DNA from: Camelus dromedarius | Taxonomy: Eukaryota | Reading direction: 5' to 3' | Length of the DNA: 64,000 nucleotides | NCBI RefSeq assembly: GCF_036321535.1 | Contig: NC_087436.1 | Coordinates: 5,952,001 to 6,016,000, forward strand | In this document: in pieces, positions 1 to 12,288 of the stretch | Numbering within the stretch: position 1 is the stretch's first letter | How the letters are laid out: each line of letters begins with the position of its first letter | The notes under the pieces: model-generated | Told to the model about the DNA's origin: nothing | Seen by the model: the letters and a program-made list of their open reading frames with translations, nothing else | Databases searched by the model: none | Program-made: the position numbers and the translations under genes

Positions 1-590
1 ACAATGTTGTGTCAGTTTCTGGTGTACAGCACAATGCTTCAGTCACACTTAATACACATGTATTTGTTTTCATTTTTTTTTCACCATAAGCTGCTACAAG
101 ATATCAAATATAGTGCCCTGTGCTGTACAGTATACATTTGTTTATCTATCTTATATATACCAGTCAGTATCTGCAGATCTCAAACTCTCAATTTATCCCT
201 TCCCACCCACATCCTCCCTGGTAACCATAAATTTATTTTCTATGTCTGTGAGTCTGTTTCTGATTTGTTAATAAGTTTTTTTGTCTTTTCCTATTTTAGA
301 TTCCACATCTGAGTGATCTCATGTGGTATTTTCCTTTCTCTTTCTGGCTTACTTCACTTAGGATGACATTCCCCAGGGCCATCCATGTTGCTGCAAATGG
401 CATTGTTTTGTTATTTTTTATGGCTGAGCAGTTTTCCATTGTATAAATACGCCACAACTTCTTTATCCAGTCATCTGTAGATGGAAATTTAGGTTGTCTC
501 CATGTCTTGACTATTATAAATAGTGCTGCTATGAACATTGGGGTGCAGGTATCTTTTTGAATTAAGGTTCCCTCTGGATACATGCCCAGG
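1..590 (-). mobile_element. LINE-1 3' portion (ORF2 C-terminus plus 3' UTR); runs off the left edge
   Basis: Minus ORF 296..583 (CTPMFIAALF..KTWRQPKFPSTDDWIKKLW..MPFAATWM) is the L1 ORF2p C-terminus; a cetartiodactyl-type L1 3' UTR follows toward position 1. Confidence 0.95.
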
Positions 591-1860
591 GAAAGTACTT
601 AGGAATAAATCTGATCAAGGAAGTGAAAGACTTATTTGCAGAGAACTACAAAATGCTGACTAAAGGAATGAAAGAGGACCTAAGGAATTGGAAAGATATC
701 TCATGTTCTTTCATTGGAAGAATCAATATTGTTAAAATCACCATACTACCCAAGGCAATCTACAGATTTAATGCAATCCCAATCAAATTACCCAGGACAT
801 TTTTCACAGAACTAGAACAAATCATACTAAAATTTATATGGAATCACAAAAGACCCAGAATTGCCTAAGCATTACTGAAGAAAAAGAATGAAGCTGGAGG
901 AATAACCCTCCCAGACTTCAAACAACACTACAGAGCTGCAGTCATCAAAAGAGCATGGTACTGGTACAAAAACAGACATATGGATCAGTGGAACAGAATA
1001 GAGAGCCCAGAAATGAACTCACAAACTTTTGGTCATTGAATCTTTGACAAAGGAGGCAAGAACATACAATGGAATAAAGACAGTCTCTTCAGCAAATGCT
1101 GTTGGGAAAACTGGACAGCAGCATGTAGAACAATGAAGCTAGAACACTCCCTCACACCATACACAAAAATAAACTGAAAATGGCTTAAAGGCTTAAACAT
1201 GAGACAAGACACAATAAATCTCCTAGAAGAAAACATAGGTAAAATATTATCTCACATAAATATCAGCAATGTTCTCCTAGGGCAGTCTATCCAAGCAACA
1301 GAAATAAAAGCAAGAATAAACAAATGGGACCTAATTAAATTTACAAGCTTTTGCACAGCAAAGGAAACCATAAGCAAAACAAAATGACAATCTACGGAAT
1401 GGGAGAAAATACTTGCAAAAAATGAGACTGATGAAGGCTTAACTTCCAGAATATATAAACAGCTCATGCAACTTAATAAGAAAAAGACAAGTAACCCAAT
1501 CCAAAAATGATCAGAAGATCTAAACAAAAATTCTCCAATGAAGACATATGAATGTCCAACAGGCATGTGAAAAAAATGCTCAATATCGGTAATTATCAGA
1601 GAAATGCAAATCAAAACTACAATGAAGTATCACCTCACACCAGCCAGAAAGGCCACCATTCAAAAGTCCACAAATGACAAATGCTGGAGAGGCTGTGGAG
1701 AAAAGGGAACCCTCCTACACTGCTGGTGGGAATGCAGTTTGGCGCAGCCACTGTGGAAAACAGTATGGAGATTCCTCAAAAGACTAGGAATAGACTTACC
1801 ATATGACCCAGGAATCCCGCTCCTAGGCATATATCCAGAGGGAATCTTAATCCAAAAATA
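591..1860 (+). mobile_element. LINE-1 ORF2 segment, disrupted; probably the 5'-inverted part of the same insertion
   Basis: ORFs 623..868 ([26 protein letters not shown]), 1199..1387 (KWDLIK..SFCTAKET) and 1604..1876 ([19 protein letters not shown]) are ORF2p motifs; stops and frameshifts lie between them. Confidence 0.95.
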
Positions 1861-2089
1861 CCAACATCATTTTTAAACAGCCGAGTGATGTGACATAGAT
1901 AAAGTATAAAATAAATTTTTAGTGCCATTGAGAACTGTCATTTCCAAAACAAGTTAGGCTAAGTCCTGTGTTGGGTGTTGGTATCTAACATCCTGTTTCG
2001 AAAGCAGCCCTGGTGATCATCCAAGGGCCTGGACAGATCTTCTTTTGCCTGTGGGTGAGCAACAAGTTTCTCTCTGAGATTTGCTTTTC

Positions 2090-2362
2090 TTGTTTTTTTT
2101 TTTTTAATTGAAGTATCATTAGTTTACAATGTTGTGTTAATTTCAGGTGTATAGCGTAATGTTTCAGTTATACATATATATGTATATATTCCTTTTTATA
2201 TTTTTTCATTGCTGGCTATTACGAGATATTGAATACAGTTCCTTGTGCTATACAATAGGACATTATTGTTTATCTACTTTATATACAGTAGTGTATATCT
2301 ACAAATCCCAAACTCCCAGTTTATCCCTCCCCATGCCCTATGACACCTGAGAACCACAAGTT
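2090..2362 (-). mobile_element. 5'-truncated L1 3' end with TSD
   Basis: Poly(T) then L1 3' UTR; 15-bp direct repeat TGAGATTTGCTTTTC at 2075-2089 and 2363-2377. Confidence 0.9.
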
Positions 2363-3249
2363 TGAGATTTGCTTTTCAATGTGTCATCTCAAAGGTTGTA
2401 AGCTGTCCTCTTGACTGGAAGCCACAAGAGGGGTTTCATACTGAGTTCCTTTGTGAGTTCCAGAACTTTCTTTGGAATTCCTCAGTCATTTTTGGTGGTG
2501 ACCACCAGAGTGACCACCAGAGTAACCACCACTCAGCGACCTCATATTCTAATGTTTATGTGCGTGTGTAGCAAAACCCAAAAACGGAGAGGTAGTTGGA
2601 GAATCTCTTCCCTAATTAACTCAATCAAAAGAAGGACTGAATTCATAATTCCTTACTTTGACCTGCTATACAGGCTTCAAAAGCCGTACGGAACTTTCTG
2701 AAGAGGAAATGTGGCTTGATTACTGGTAAGTTATAGATGACTTTATCCATTGTGCCAGATGGGCTGTCTCCTTTAACTAATGGCCGTAGAATGAATGAGT
2801 GAGTTTACAGATAACCCTGGTAATTCTATCCAGTTAAGACAATTTATTTAAAATGATGAATATTTTGGTTTGCTTTTTGTATTTTGACATTTGCTGAGAG
2901 CCAGTGTTCCTTTTGTATGACCCCCAGACTCTATGGATTGACAATAAATTCACAATAAGATTATCTTATTTTCCAAACTGTCTTATCATTTGTTCCGGGA
3001 TCTTGTTAATGCTATTTTTGGAATACCCTGCAGAGTTTCTGATTGATATCTTACTCCATTCCTACCTTTGTAGGGCAAGGAAGGGCAGAGAGTGGTAGCA
3101 ATGGCTGTTTATTTTGTAATAAAAGCAAACATCATCCATCTCTTTCACTGTGTAAGAATCTCAAAGTTATATGAAAAAGAAACCATATGACCTACTTTGT
3201 GTTGCTTCCTTGGTCAAAATATTTTAGGGGAAAAAAGGTGGTTTTTGTT

Positions 3250-3740
3250 TAAAGTGAGTGAGGAATGGCAAAGATAATTGAAGAAAAAGGAGATCATCAG
3301 AAATTATTCAAGAAAATTTCATGTGACGGAGAGATAAACTTCCAGACTGACGTGGCCAACAGAGTACCCAGCATAGTGGATACAGACAGACCTTACAGAT
3401 GCACATCATGTGAAACCTTAGCACAGAGAAGGCCCAGAGAAGTTTCACTAAATTCCAGAAATTAAGTGAAAAAAAAAAAAAAAAAAAAAGCCTCACGCTC
3501 ACTTGCAAAGAATCAACATTCAAACGGCAAATTGGCTGCAGGCGTCCATGAAGCTGTAAGATACTAGAGCAAAGCCTTCAAAATAGCAAAGGAAAATTAT
3601 TTTCAATCTTGAATTTCATTGTCAACCAAACTATTCTTAAAGTATAAAGTGAGAATCAAGACATTTTTGGACAAGCAAAATCTCCGAAAATTAACTTTCC
3701 TATGTACTCACCTGAAAGAAGGCACTGGAGGATTTTTTCA
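3250..3740 (+). mobile_element. Ancient L1 ORF1/HAL1-like fragment
   Basis: Degenerate match to remembered ORF1 C-terminal DNA (gccttcaaaat..ggaaaattattttcaatcttgaatt..caaccaaactatt..aagacattt). Confidence 0.5.
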
Positions 3741-4059
3741 ATAGTCAGGACCGAGAGGCCATGGGGCCAACTAGGTGGGGTCTCCAGCCTCTGAGACACA
3801 TGATGGAAATATCAGGGTGGCAGTAAAGGGAGGTTTTAGGATGACGACTATGAGCCAGGAAGTGGGGGATCATCTTGTCCCATTTCAGTCCATCCACAGC
3901 GGGTGACGCTAGCTGCTAGGAATGCCTGAGGGCTGTCACCTGTCCCCACCAGGAGCCCCCAGAGACTTTTCTCTTTGGAACCAGTCTTGTGCTGGACAGC
4001 CTTCATGCTTCTCATCATGACTGCAAGACTCACCACAGCAACAACCATCAGGGAACTTT

Positions 4060-4900
4060 GGGGGGAAAAAAAAAGATTTATTACTTACAAAGCCTGGAGG
4101 GCACACAGCATGCCTGGTGTCACACAGATTGCAGGGAGAGAGAGAGAAAAAGAGTGTTAGGCACCGGGCAAGAGGAGAGCAAAGGAGAGAGAAGATAACA
4201 GTGCACCTGCACTCAGGATAAGGGGTTTCAAAGAGCTGTAATTCTCTAAATGAGTGCCAGCAAAGAAGCCGGTCAGAATCTGATGCTGCAACTGCACAGT
4301 AGAGAGAAAGACCCAACTTCACTCAACTTCTCATTACAATGTAATGAGCACTGCGGTTTGGGCCCCTCCTGTGGGCTGTTCCATGTGCATCATGGGTGAC
4401 AACATGTACAAAGGAGATGAGCGTGCCTGAGCACTCAAAGGACGTGAGCTGTCAACCAACCACGAGAGCGCCCCTAAGCCAGGATGTAAGACAGGGCAAC
4501 AAAGGAGCGGCGCCATCTTCCTCTCTTGGGTTGGCCTTCCTTTAGTTCTTGAAGTTGTACTATACTTTACTGACTTTTGCTCTACTAATAACACTTTCAG
4601 TCTCCCGTTTGAATTCTTTCTCTCAGGTAAGACAAGAACTGAGGGCTTTCTCCCCTCCTTTTGTTAACAAGAGAAAGAGAGGGCTGGGGTTCTGCTTTCA
4701 TTGGGATGGAGAGTAGAGGGTAGGGTTTCACGAGTTCATTCTTTATTGGTGAATTTAAAACATAAGAGGGGAAGTTAAAGTGTGGAAAGGGGAAAACAAG
4801 TACTCAAATGGTCAGTTATCTGAGTCAAACAGAGATCCCCAAAATATGGGAGCTGCAGGGTGGGTGTTCATCCCCTGGTGCAGCTGGTGATGTGTTTTGG
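4060..4900 (-). mobile_element. Older LTR-like element split by the 4155-4669 LTR
   Basis: tttattacttac.. and AG-rich sequence resume on both sides of the nested LTR; boundaries approximate. Confidence 0.35.
4155..4669 (+). mobile_element. ERV1-type solo LTR
   Basis: TGTTA...TAACA termini; 4-bp TSD AGAG at 4151-4154 and 4670-4673. Confidence 0.8.
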
Positions 4901-5829
4901 GGTCCTTGAAGTAGTAATCAAAAGCTTAATATTGGGCATCTGCATTACAATAAAAAAGGCCAACTGTCCGGCTGCTACACTACAGAGGATGGAAGGAAGA
5001 TGGGGAAGTATTGGGCGCATGGGAGAGACTGAGGTGCAGAATGATGAAAATATCTTAGTGTATAAAAGAAACTGAAAATGAAAATGACATCAGCCATCTA
5101 AGCAAATATTTAACTAAACAATGAGAATGATTTTTATAAATTGTGTTTCAGTGTGTGTGTAGTTGTAAAAGATCTGTGTTTATTGTTCAAGCTAGAGTTT
5201 CCAGGTCTTTGATTTTGGGTTTTGAGATGATCAGCAAGGTATCAGATCATCATGTCTTCATTCCTGGTCCTTGATTCCTCACACAAAAGCAATCAACTGA
5301 TACAAACAGAAGTTTGATTTCTCTGCTCTGTTTCAGTCAAGCAGACATTTTCCTTTGTCTACACAGGCATCTTCACCTTTCACTAATTGTTCACTCCCCT
5401 CCAGTTAAACTTCCTTATGTACTGCTTGACTAAAACTGCTCTAAAAATGTAAGTAAACTCACTGTTGTCAAATATAATAAATACTTTTAAATCTCCATCT
5501 GACAAAGTTTCAAAAACAAGATGGTTGGCAATTTACCACGAACTGTCTTAGTGTCAGCATCCTCTCTGCCTTTCTTAGTCTAAGTGGAGTTGAACTAGGG
5601 GGTCACTCAGTTCTAGGAGAAGACACATAGCCAAGACCTGACTCATCAGTGTGTATCATTACAACATCCTTAGCAACATTAATTGGTTCATGGGTTGACA
5701 CTGGACCTGACTGAGGACATCAGCACTGAGTTTAAGACTTGATTTCCTGACTAGGCAGGAGGGACTCCCCTCCCTGTGGACTCAGCGGAAGGAGAATGTA
5801 AACCTGGAGAGGGGATTAAATAATAAAGG

Positions 5830-6228
5830 GCAATGCTTCTACGAGACCTCAGTGAAAGGATTTCAATCTGAAATGAAACAAGAGGAGGTGAAACAATCTC
5901 AGGCATGCGCTCTCAGAATGAAACTTAACAAAGAGACTGATTTCCTGTAAATAATTGATTTACCCAAGACTGAGATTTATCTCCTGACCAACGAACATCT
6001 TCTGAAAATGTCTCCCTATCCTCAAGGCAATGGGTTTCTTGCTTGGATTATGGCTGGAATTTCCCCTTTTTACGTTCTTCGCCCATCAATACAGCCCACC
6101 CCAAACCCTCCATGGACTTGCTTGCTGCAGCGTGCTTTTCCTGTTCCAATTTCTCTGCTATTCCTGAACAAACTCAAATTCAGGTAATTCGGACTTTCCT
6201 CCAGTTGACCTCTTTATTTCGGTTGACA
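5830..6228 (+). mobile_element. Probable ERV1-class solo LTR
   Basis: LTR-like 3' end (ctgctattcctgaacaaactc...ggttgaca); left boundary uncertain. Confidence 0.4.
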
Positions 6229-6519
6229 CCTTTATTAACTTGCTTTCTGCCTTTGTCTCCCTCTGCAAACTTACTTATTGCTTTGTGTACCCTGCTTCCA
6301 TGGGGGATGGAGCTGAAATTAAGAAAGGGACTAAATTCTGGGTTTTGCTTTCTAGTGTTTTGAATTTTTTAAGCTCCTAGAGACCACCATAATTGAAACC
6401 ATAATACACATATTTTCAAATAAGTCTATTTTCTCAGATTTTTGTTTTTGTCAGTAACAAATGAAAAGTTCCTTCATAAGGTAATCATTCTCACCTGTGC
6501 AAGGTAACAGAGCTAAGGA

Positions 6520-6720
6520 CGTGAATCTGAGACTTGCAAAGCCAGGCTTCCTGTCTGACTTTGGGTAAGATGATTAATTTCTTGAAACTCAGCCACACCA
6601 TATGTAAAGCGGTGACAATAGTGACACTAATCTCACACGATTTGGGGAGGATTAAATAAGATAATACGTGTAAGTTCATAAAAGCAGGCTTGGAATATAG
6701 TAAATGAAATATTTTCGCTG
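6520..6720 (+). mobile_element. MIR SINE fragment
   Basis: tgactttgggtaag..ttaatttc..gaggattaaataagataatacgtgtaa.. matches the MIR core. Confidence 0.6.
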
Positions 6721-6749
6721 ACATTGTTGTGATCATTATTACCACCCTT

Positions 6750-7730
6750 ATTTTTCCCTCTTGCTTGGAACACTCTCTTCATTTTGCCTTTTTCGCTCTA
6801 CATTCAGGTGGATTTCCTATGACCTGATTGTTTCTTCTCAGCTCCTACATGGCTCATCCTACTTAATCTGAAATTACATGTCTACACTTCTCAGAGTTCC
6901 GATCATTTCCCCCTTCTGGGCAAACTCTCCACTTCCTTCCTAGGTAACCTCGTTTATCCCCGTAATGTAGACTACGACTCGCCCATCTCATTGTGCGCAA
7001 AGCCAACCACTCTACTGAGGACCAGAGTCATGTATGTACACCCACTCCAAGGAGCCTACACGTGGATCTCACCGCCACTGGGAACCTTCTCTTGCACCAT
7101 TTTCATGATCTCTCTCATTCTTACCTGTTCCTCCTGTAGGGTCTACATCTCAGGAAATGGTAACTCCTTAGAATTCTTTGAGCAATTCCTGAGATTCAAA
7201 GCCCAAGAATCCTCCCTGACACCTTTCTTTCCCTTACCCTAATCCAGTCAGTTGATAAGTGTCATCAGTTTTCCCCCTATTTGTATATGCATTTCATTCT
7301 CTCTATCTCTGTGGCTGTCTAGATTTTTTTTTTATAACTGTATTTCCTTCCTCTGATTCTGATTATATCTCCATCTTATCTATTTTCCACATAGAATGAT
7401 CTTTCAAAAATGAAAATGGAATCTGTTACTCTTCTGCTGAAAAGCTCATCTCATTTTCCTCAAAATGTAGACTCAAATCTTTACTTTGCTCTATACTGTG
7501 ATTTTGTGCATTGGTTTTCTCTCTGTTTCTTGAAAGATTAAATTCTTTGCCTGCCTGAGAGATGCTGACAGGCCACTTCCTCTGCCTGCAAGTGTCTTCC
7601 TGGCCTGGTCACATGTAATCACATCCCATGAGTACTTCTTTAATGTCACAATGCATTTTGTAAATTTCCAGTGTCTGTCACAAAGCTCAGGACTTACTGG
7701 GGCTAAAAATACATTTCCAAATGAATGAAT
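6750..7730 (+). mobile_element. Degenerate LINE-2
   Basis: Pyrimidine-rich L2-like body ending in the aatgaatgaat tail. Confidence 0.45.
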
Positions 7731-7815
7731 GGCTCTTATGTAATGATTCTTTTCTGCTCATTACAACAAATTAACATGAACAGGAAACAAATTATTGTAA
7801 CTGGTGGTTAAGCTG

Positions 7816-8687
7816 TGTTACCAAACGTTGGCAGACTGCTTCCCACTCTTTAAATCAACAAGCTAAAGAGGCGGTGCTGACAGAAAGGAAAACTGCTTTT
7901 AATCAGAATGTGGGCAGTCCGGGGAGATGGTGGGCTTATGTTCCCAAGGACCATCTTCGAAGATGCTGCTCAGCTAAGGAAGTTTTTAGAGAGAATAGGG
8001 GATAAATTTGGGAGTTTGAGATTTGCAAACATTAACCACTATATATGAAAATAGGTAAACAACAAATTCATACTGTAGAGCACAGGGAACTATATTCAAT
8101 ATCTTATAATAACCTTTAATAAAGAATAATATGAAAATGAATATATGTATGTATATGCGTGACTGGGACATTGTGCTGCACACCAGAAATTGACACATTG
8201 TAACTGACTGTACTTCATTTGAAAAAAAGTCACATGAATTTCTAAAACTAAAAAATAGAATAAATAATAACTTGGATGAACTAATTTAAAAAAAGAGAGA
8301 GAGACTAGGAAAGAAGTCTTGGCTGATTAACGAGATAAGAGGCTCGGAATCGTCCCTGCTGCCTCCCCTCCCCAGACTGTGGACTGCGGGCAGGACTGTC
8401 AATTCTCTGAATTTTCTTAACATGCTTTTTTGTTCACACAGTTGTTTGTGAGACTCCCAGAGGGGAAACTAGGGAAGAGATCTGGTCATGTGTTAATTAC
8501 TTCATCTCCATTTCCATTTCTTTGATGTCCAGAAAGACCAACAAGTTAGGCAAGGTACTGTGTGATTTGAAAGGTGTGTTGAGACCAGAGACGAGTGGGG
8601 CACAGGGGTGCCTGGTTTGAGGTTAATTATAACATAGTTTTTGCTAAAGTGACAAGAAACGGGGTTTCCTGCAAAGGGTGGCTTACA
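7816..8687 (-). mobile_element. ERV1-type solo LTR interrupted by an L1 3' fragment
   Basis: TGTTACC...TTACA ends; similar to the LTRs at 32.5 and 34.2 kb (gaagatgg..tgtcc..accatctt); no clean TSD. Confidence 0.6.
7996..8295 (+). mobile_element. L1 3' UTR fragment
   Basis: gcacagggaactatattcaatatctt...caccagaaattgacacattgtaactgactgtacttc then A-rich tail. Confidence 0.9.
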
Positions 8688-8711
8688 AGTCCACTTCCAC
8701 CTGGAGGTTAA

Positions 8712-9784
8712 GATGACTACTTTTGTGTCATCTTTTAACTTGCCTGGATCACAGGGTGCCCAGATAGTTGGTTAAATGGTATTCTGGGTGTTTCTGTCAA
8801 GGTAGTTTTCAGTGTGATTAACATTTAAGTTGATAGACTTAGTCAGGCAGATTTCCCTCCCTAATGTGGGTGGGACTTATCCAGTAGAATGAAAAGACTG
8901 ACCTGCACCCTGAATAAGAGAATTCTTTCCTGCCTGACTGTCTGTAAACTGAGACATTTGCTTTTCTGCTACTGATACAGGAAAATGGGGCGAGAGAGGT
9001 TGGCCATGTCCCAGGTCCCAGGTGAGTCCCTGGGATGCGCCCCATCAAGTGAGGTGCTTGGCTTTGTGCCAAGAGAAGAATTCAAGAGTAAGCCGCAGTA
9101 AAGGTGGATTTATTCAAAGAGGTACACACCCCATAGACAGAGTGCAGTTCATCTCAAAAATCAAGAGAAAAGCCTAGAGGTGCGGGGCTGTTAGTTTTTA
9201 TGGGCTCAGTAACTTCATATGCTGACAAGTGGGAGGGTTATTCTGACTACTTTGGGGAAGGGGCTGGGATTCCCAGGAACTGGTCCATCGCCTGCTTTTT
9301 GACCTTTGATGGTCAGCCTTGCAGCTGCCTTGGCACCTGTGGGAGGACCATTTAGCAGCTCTTGTCTTTCACTGAGGGGATACTGAAGCTCAAGATCCAC
9401 TGGGAGTTGAACTTCCCACCATCATGGTGCTAATGGTTGTGTCACTTATTCCGTGGTTGTGCCCTGGCCCCATCCCTCCTGTCTCACTACCTCCAGAATC
9501 AAACTAAGACTTCAGCTCTTCTTAGATCTTGAGCTGCCAGCCTTCACATGAAAACTACACCATCTGCTCGCCTGGGTCTTAGGGCTTTGAACTTGAACCG
9601 GAACTAAACCTTTGGCTCTCCTAGGTCTCCAGCTTGCTAATTTGCATTGTAGACCCTGGGACTTGCCCATCTCCATAACTACATGAAACAATTCCTTGCT
9701 AAATCTCTCTCACTTTTGAGATAGAAACAATAGCGATATAGAGATATATCTATTCTGTTTCTCTGGAGAATTCTGACTAATACA
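8712..9784 (+). mobile_element. MLT2-family (ERVL) LTR split by a nested LTR
   Basis: gggtgcccagata..ctccctaatgtgggtggg.. and canonical end ttctgtttctctggagaattctgactaataca. Confidence 0.85.
8973..9486 (-). mobile_element. ERV1-type solo LTR nested in MLT2
   Basis: TGATAC...GTCTCA termini; 4-bp TSD CTAC at 8969-8972 and 9487-9490; AATAAA on the minus strand. Confidence 0.85.
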
Positions 9785-10059
9785 GAGGCACTGTGTGACT
9801 ATAGCCGAAGTGACTTTTTGATTAATTAAGAGTGTCTTTGAAGAGGTGAACCTCAGTCGTATACATTGCTTTAGAATTTGAGCATTCTGACTTAACACAA
9901 TTCATTCCCAAAATGCAATTGTATTCTCTGTTGTAGTCTGCACAGTGGCTGGCATTATAAGCATCTCATCAAATGTAATCTAAATGAATATTTTAAAAGA
10001 TTACCCCTCTTAAATATATACTTCCTATGCATGTTTAAGCAGAATTGTATAAATAGTTC

Positions 10060-10500
10060 TGTGCATTTTTAATAAATAGTTTGCTCAAAAACCTGTTTGT
10101 CTATGTGAGAAAAAATGTATATATCCAAATCAAAAATATACAAAAATCAATTCCAAGTCAATCATAGATGTAAAATTCAAAATCAAGATTTTTAAAAGCC
10201 TACAAGAAAAAATAGTAAAATGTATTTGTGACTGCATAATTAGATTAACTGTTCTAAAAAAAAAAAAAACAAAAAAATCTGAAAGGAAAAGATAAATAAA
10301 TTTACTCACAGTACATTTTAAAATACCTACATAGAAAGGACTTTCTATAATTTAGGCATATAGAATAGATGGTACCAGGATAGCTTTTTTGTCAAAAACA
10401 ATTATTAAAATGGGACAAAACAAGAAAGAACTGCCTGAAGGAATTGGAAAAATAAAGAAAATGTCTAAGAGTATGATTCTTGAGAAAAGAAAAATGCAGA
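10060..10500 (+). mobile_element. Highly degenerate old L1 ORF2 fragment
   Basis: A-rich sequence resembling the ORF2 3' region (aatatacaaaaatcaattccaag..tagatgtaaa..acaagaaaaaatag). Confidence 0.45.
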
Positions 10501-10677
10501 AGGCAAAGTCCACATAAGCCCTGTCTTTTCCTTGAAGCAGTTTCCAAATTCTTCCTGCCGACATTTAGCATCCATGAAGGTTGTGGTCCCTCTGAGCATG
10601 AAGACAGAGGTCAGAGACTCAGAAGGTACAGTGGCTGCAGAGAGAGGGGCAAAGTACTGAACAGAAGGGAGTTGCAT

Positions 10678-10800
10678 GGGGGGAGTGGGTGTAGCTCAGT
10701 GGTAAGCATGTTCTTGGCATGCATGAGGTCCTGGGTTCAATCCCCAGTGCCTGCATTAAAAATTTTTAAATTTAATTTAATTTAAAGAATAAAATTAAAT
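10678..10800 (+). mobile_element. Vic-1-type tRNA-Ala-derived SINE
   Basis: gggtgtagctcagtggt..gcatgcatgaggtcctgggttcaatccccag with A and B boxes; AT-rich tail. Confidence 0.9.
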
Positions 10801-10808
10801 AAAATATT

Positions 10809-10990
10809 GGGGGGTGAGGGTATGGCTCAGTGGTGGAGTGCATGCTTAGCATGCACGAGGTCCTGGGTTCAACCCCTAGTACCTCCATTAAATAAATAAA
10901 AATAAAATAAATAAAATAATGACTTGGCTGTGCAGCTGTATCCCTTTGCTTAACACATTTCTCCCCTCCACTAAACAAAAAAATATTTAA
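10809..10990 (+). mobile_element. Vic-1-type SINE
   Basis: gggtatggctcagtggtggagtgcatgcttagcatgcacgaggtcctgggttcaacccctagtacctcca plus A-rich tail. Confidence 0.9.
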
Positions 10991-11180
10991 ATAAGATTTT
11001 ATTCCTGTTAAGAAAAACTTGCAAATAATTCTGAAAAAACATACCATACTCCTAAACCTATTCTTGAATGGCCAGTCCCCTCCACCTAGGCCAGAGTTAC
11101 TGCCTGCAGACAGTCTTAATGCTCCTCTGAAAACCGGCTGTTTCATCACTGACACCATCGAAGTTAAAAAGAAAAGTAAG

Positions 11181-11312
11181 GAGAAGGAGGGTGTGACTTA
11201 GTGGTAGAGAGGGTGCTTGGTGTGCACGAGGTCCTGGGTTCAATCCCCAGTGCCTCCATTAAATAATAAGTAGATAAATCTAATTACTTCCTGCCCCCAA
11301 AACAAACAAACT
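11181..11312 (+). mobile_element. Vic-1-type SINE
   Basis: tRNA-Ala-like head plus the characteristic ctaattacttcc tail. Confidence 0.85.
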
Positions 11313-11630
11313 AAAGTAGAAGACTTTCTCAAGATCTCTGTCCCCTGTGCACACCCATAAAACTTTCTATGGCTCCCAGCTGCTCCTGCATTAAAGACTG
11401 ACATTTTCAGTGCAGCCTCAATAACCTGCATGGCACCTTCCCCCCATGTGTCCAGATCTCACTGTGCATCATGTTCCCTTAACTCTCAGCAAACTTTGGC
11501 TCAGTTGCCCTTTTCCCCCCTCATTTCCTGAAACTGAAGGTCTGTCAATTGCACATGTTGCTCCAGCTTTCAAAATTTCACACCCCCCCCCCCTGCCGCA
11601 GTTGTCTTGCATTTTCTCCTGGTTGACTTT

Positions 11631-12288
11631 TTTTTTTTTTGACTGACAGATCCTGCCTCAGGTTTATTTGTACAAACAGCGCAGGTGGACATGAGCCCCA
11701 TGCAGACAGCAGCCCAGGGGTCATACCAGTCCTTCTGTCCTCACATCAGTAGATGAAGGCCTCTACTCTGGAGCTTCTGTGGGGCCTGGGCACCTTTGGG
11801 AGCCTGAGCCTGCGCCGGAGCTGCAGCTGAAGCTGAGCTGTGGCCTTGGTCTGAGCCTTGGCCTCGGCCTTTGGCCGACAGAGCCTGAGCCCCTTGGTGA
11901 CATGCGCACAAGCACTTTTCCCGAACTTGGGGTGAGCAGGGCGGGCGAGTTGACTGAGCTCGCGGCTGCTGCCCTTGGGACCTTGGACTTGACCTCCTTG
12001 GGCTTCACGAGAGCCTTGACGGCCTCGGCATGTGCACCCGTGGCCTTGGTGTTGTTGGCCTGCATCCTCTTCAGGCCCTCCTTGTTGTGCTTCTTGGCAA
12101 AGCGCGCGTTCCTCGGGAACTCGGGGTCCACCCCCTCAAGAGATTTGTGTTGTTGTGATCGGGGGTTTTGGATGCCGTTTCTGTGCCATTTTTGGGACTG
12201 GTTGTGCGTGGTGTGGTTCTTTAACTTGGCCATGTCTGCACCGGAACTGGGAGATCCCGAATCGCCTGGGACCGGAAGGGAAAGAGCA
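11631..12288 (-). pseudogene. RPL29: Processed pseudogene of 60S ribosomal protein L29 (eL29)
   Basis: ATG at 12233 gives [42 protein letters not shown]; no introns; pyrimidine TOP-like 5' end; AATAAA (tttatt 11663-11668); poly(A); 16-bp TSD TCTCCTGGT[T/G]GACTTT at 11615-11630 and 12289-12304; frameshifts after codon 86. Confidence 0.97.
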
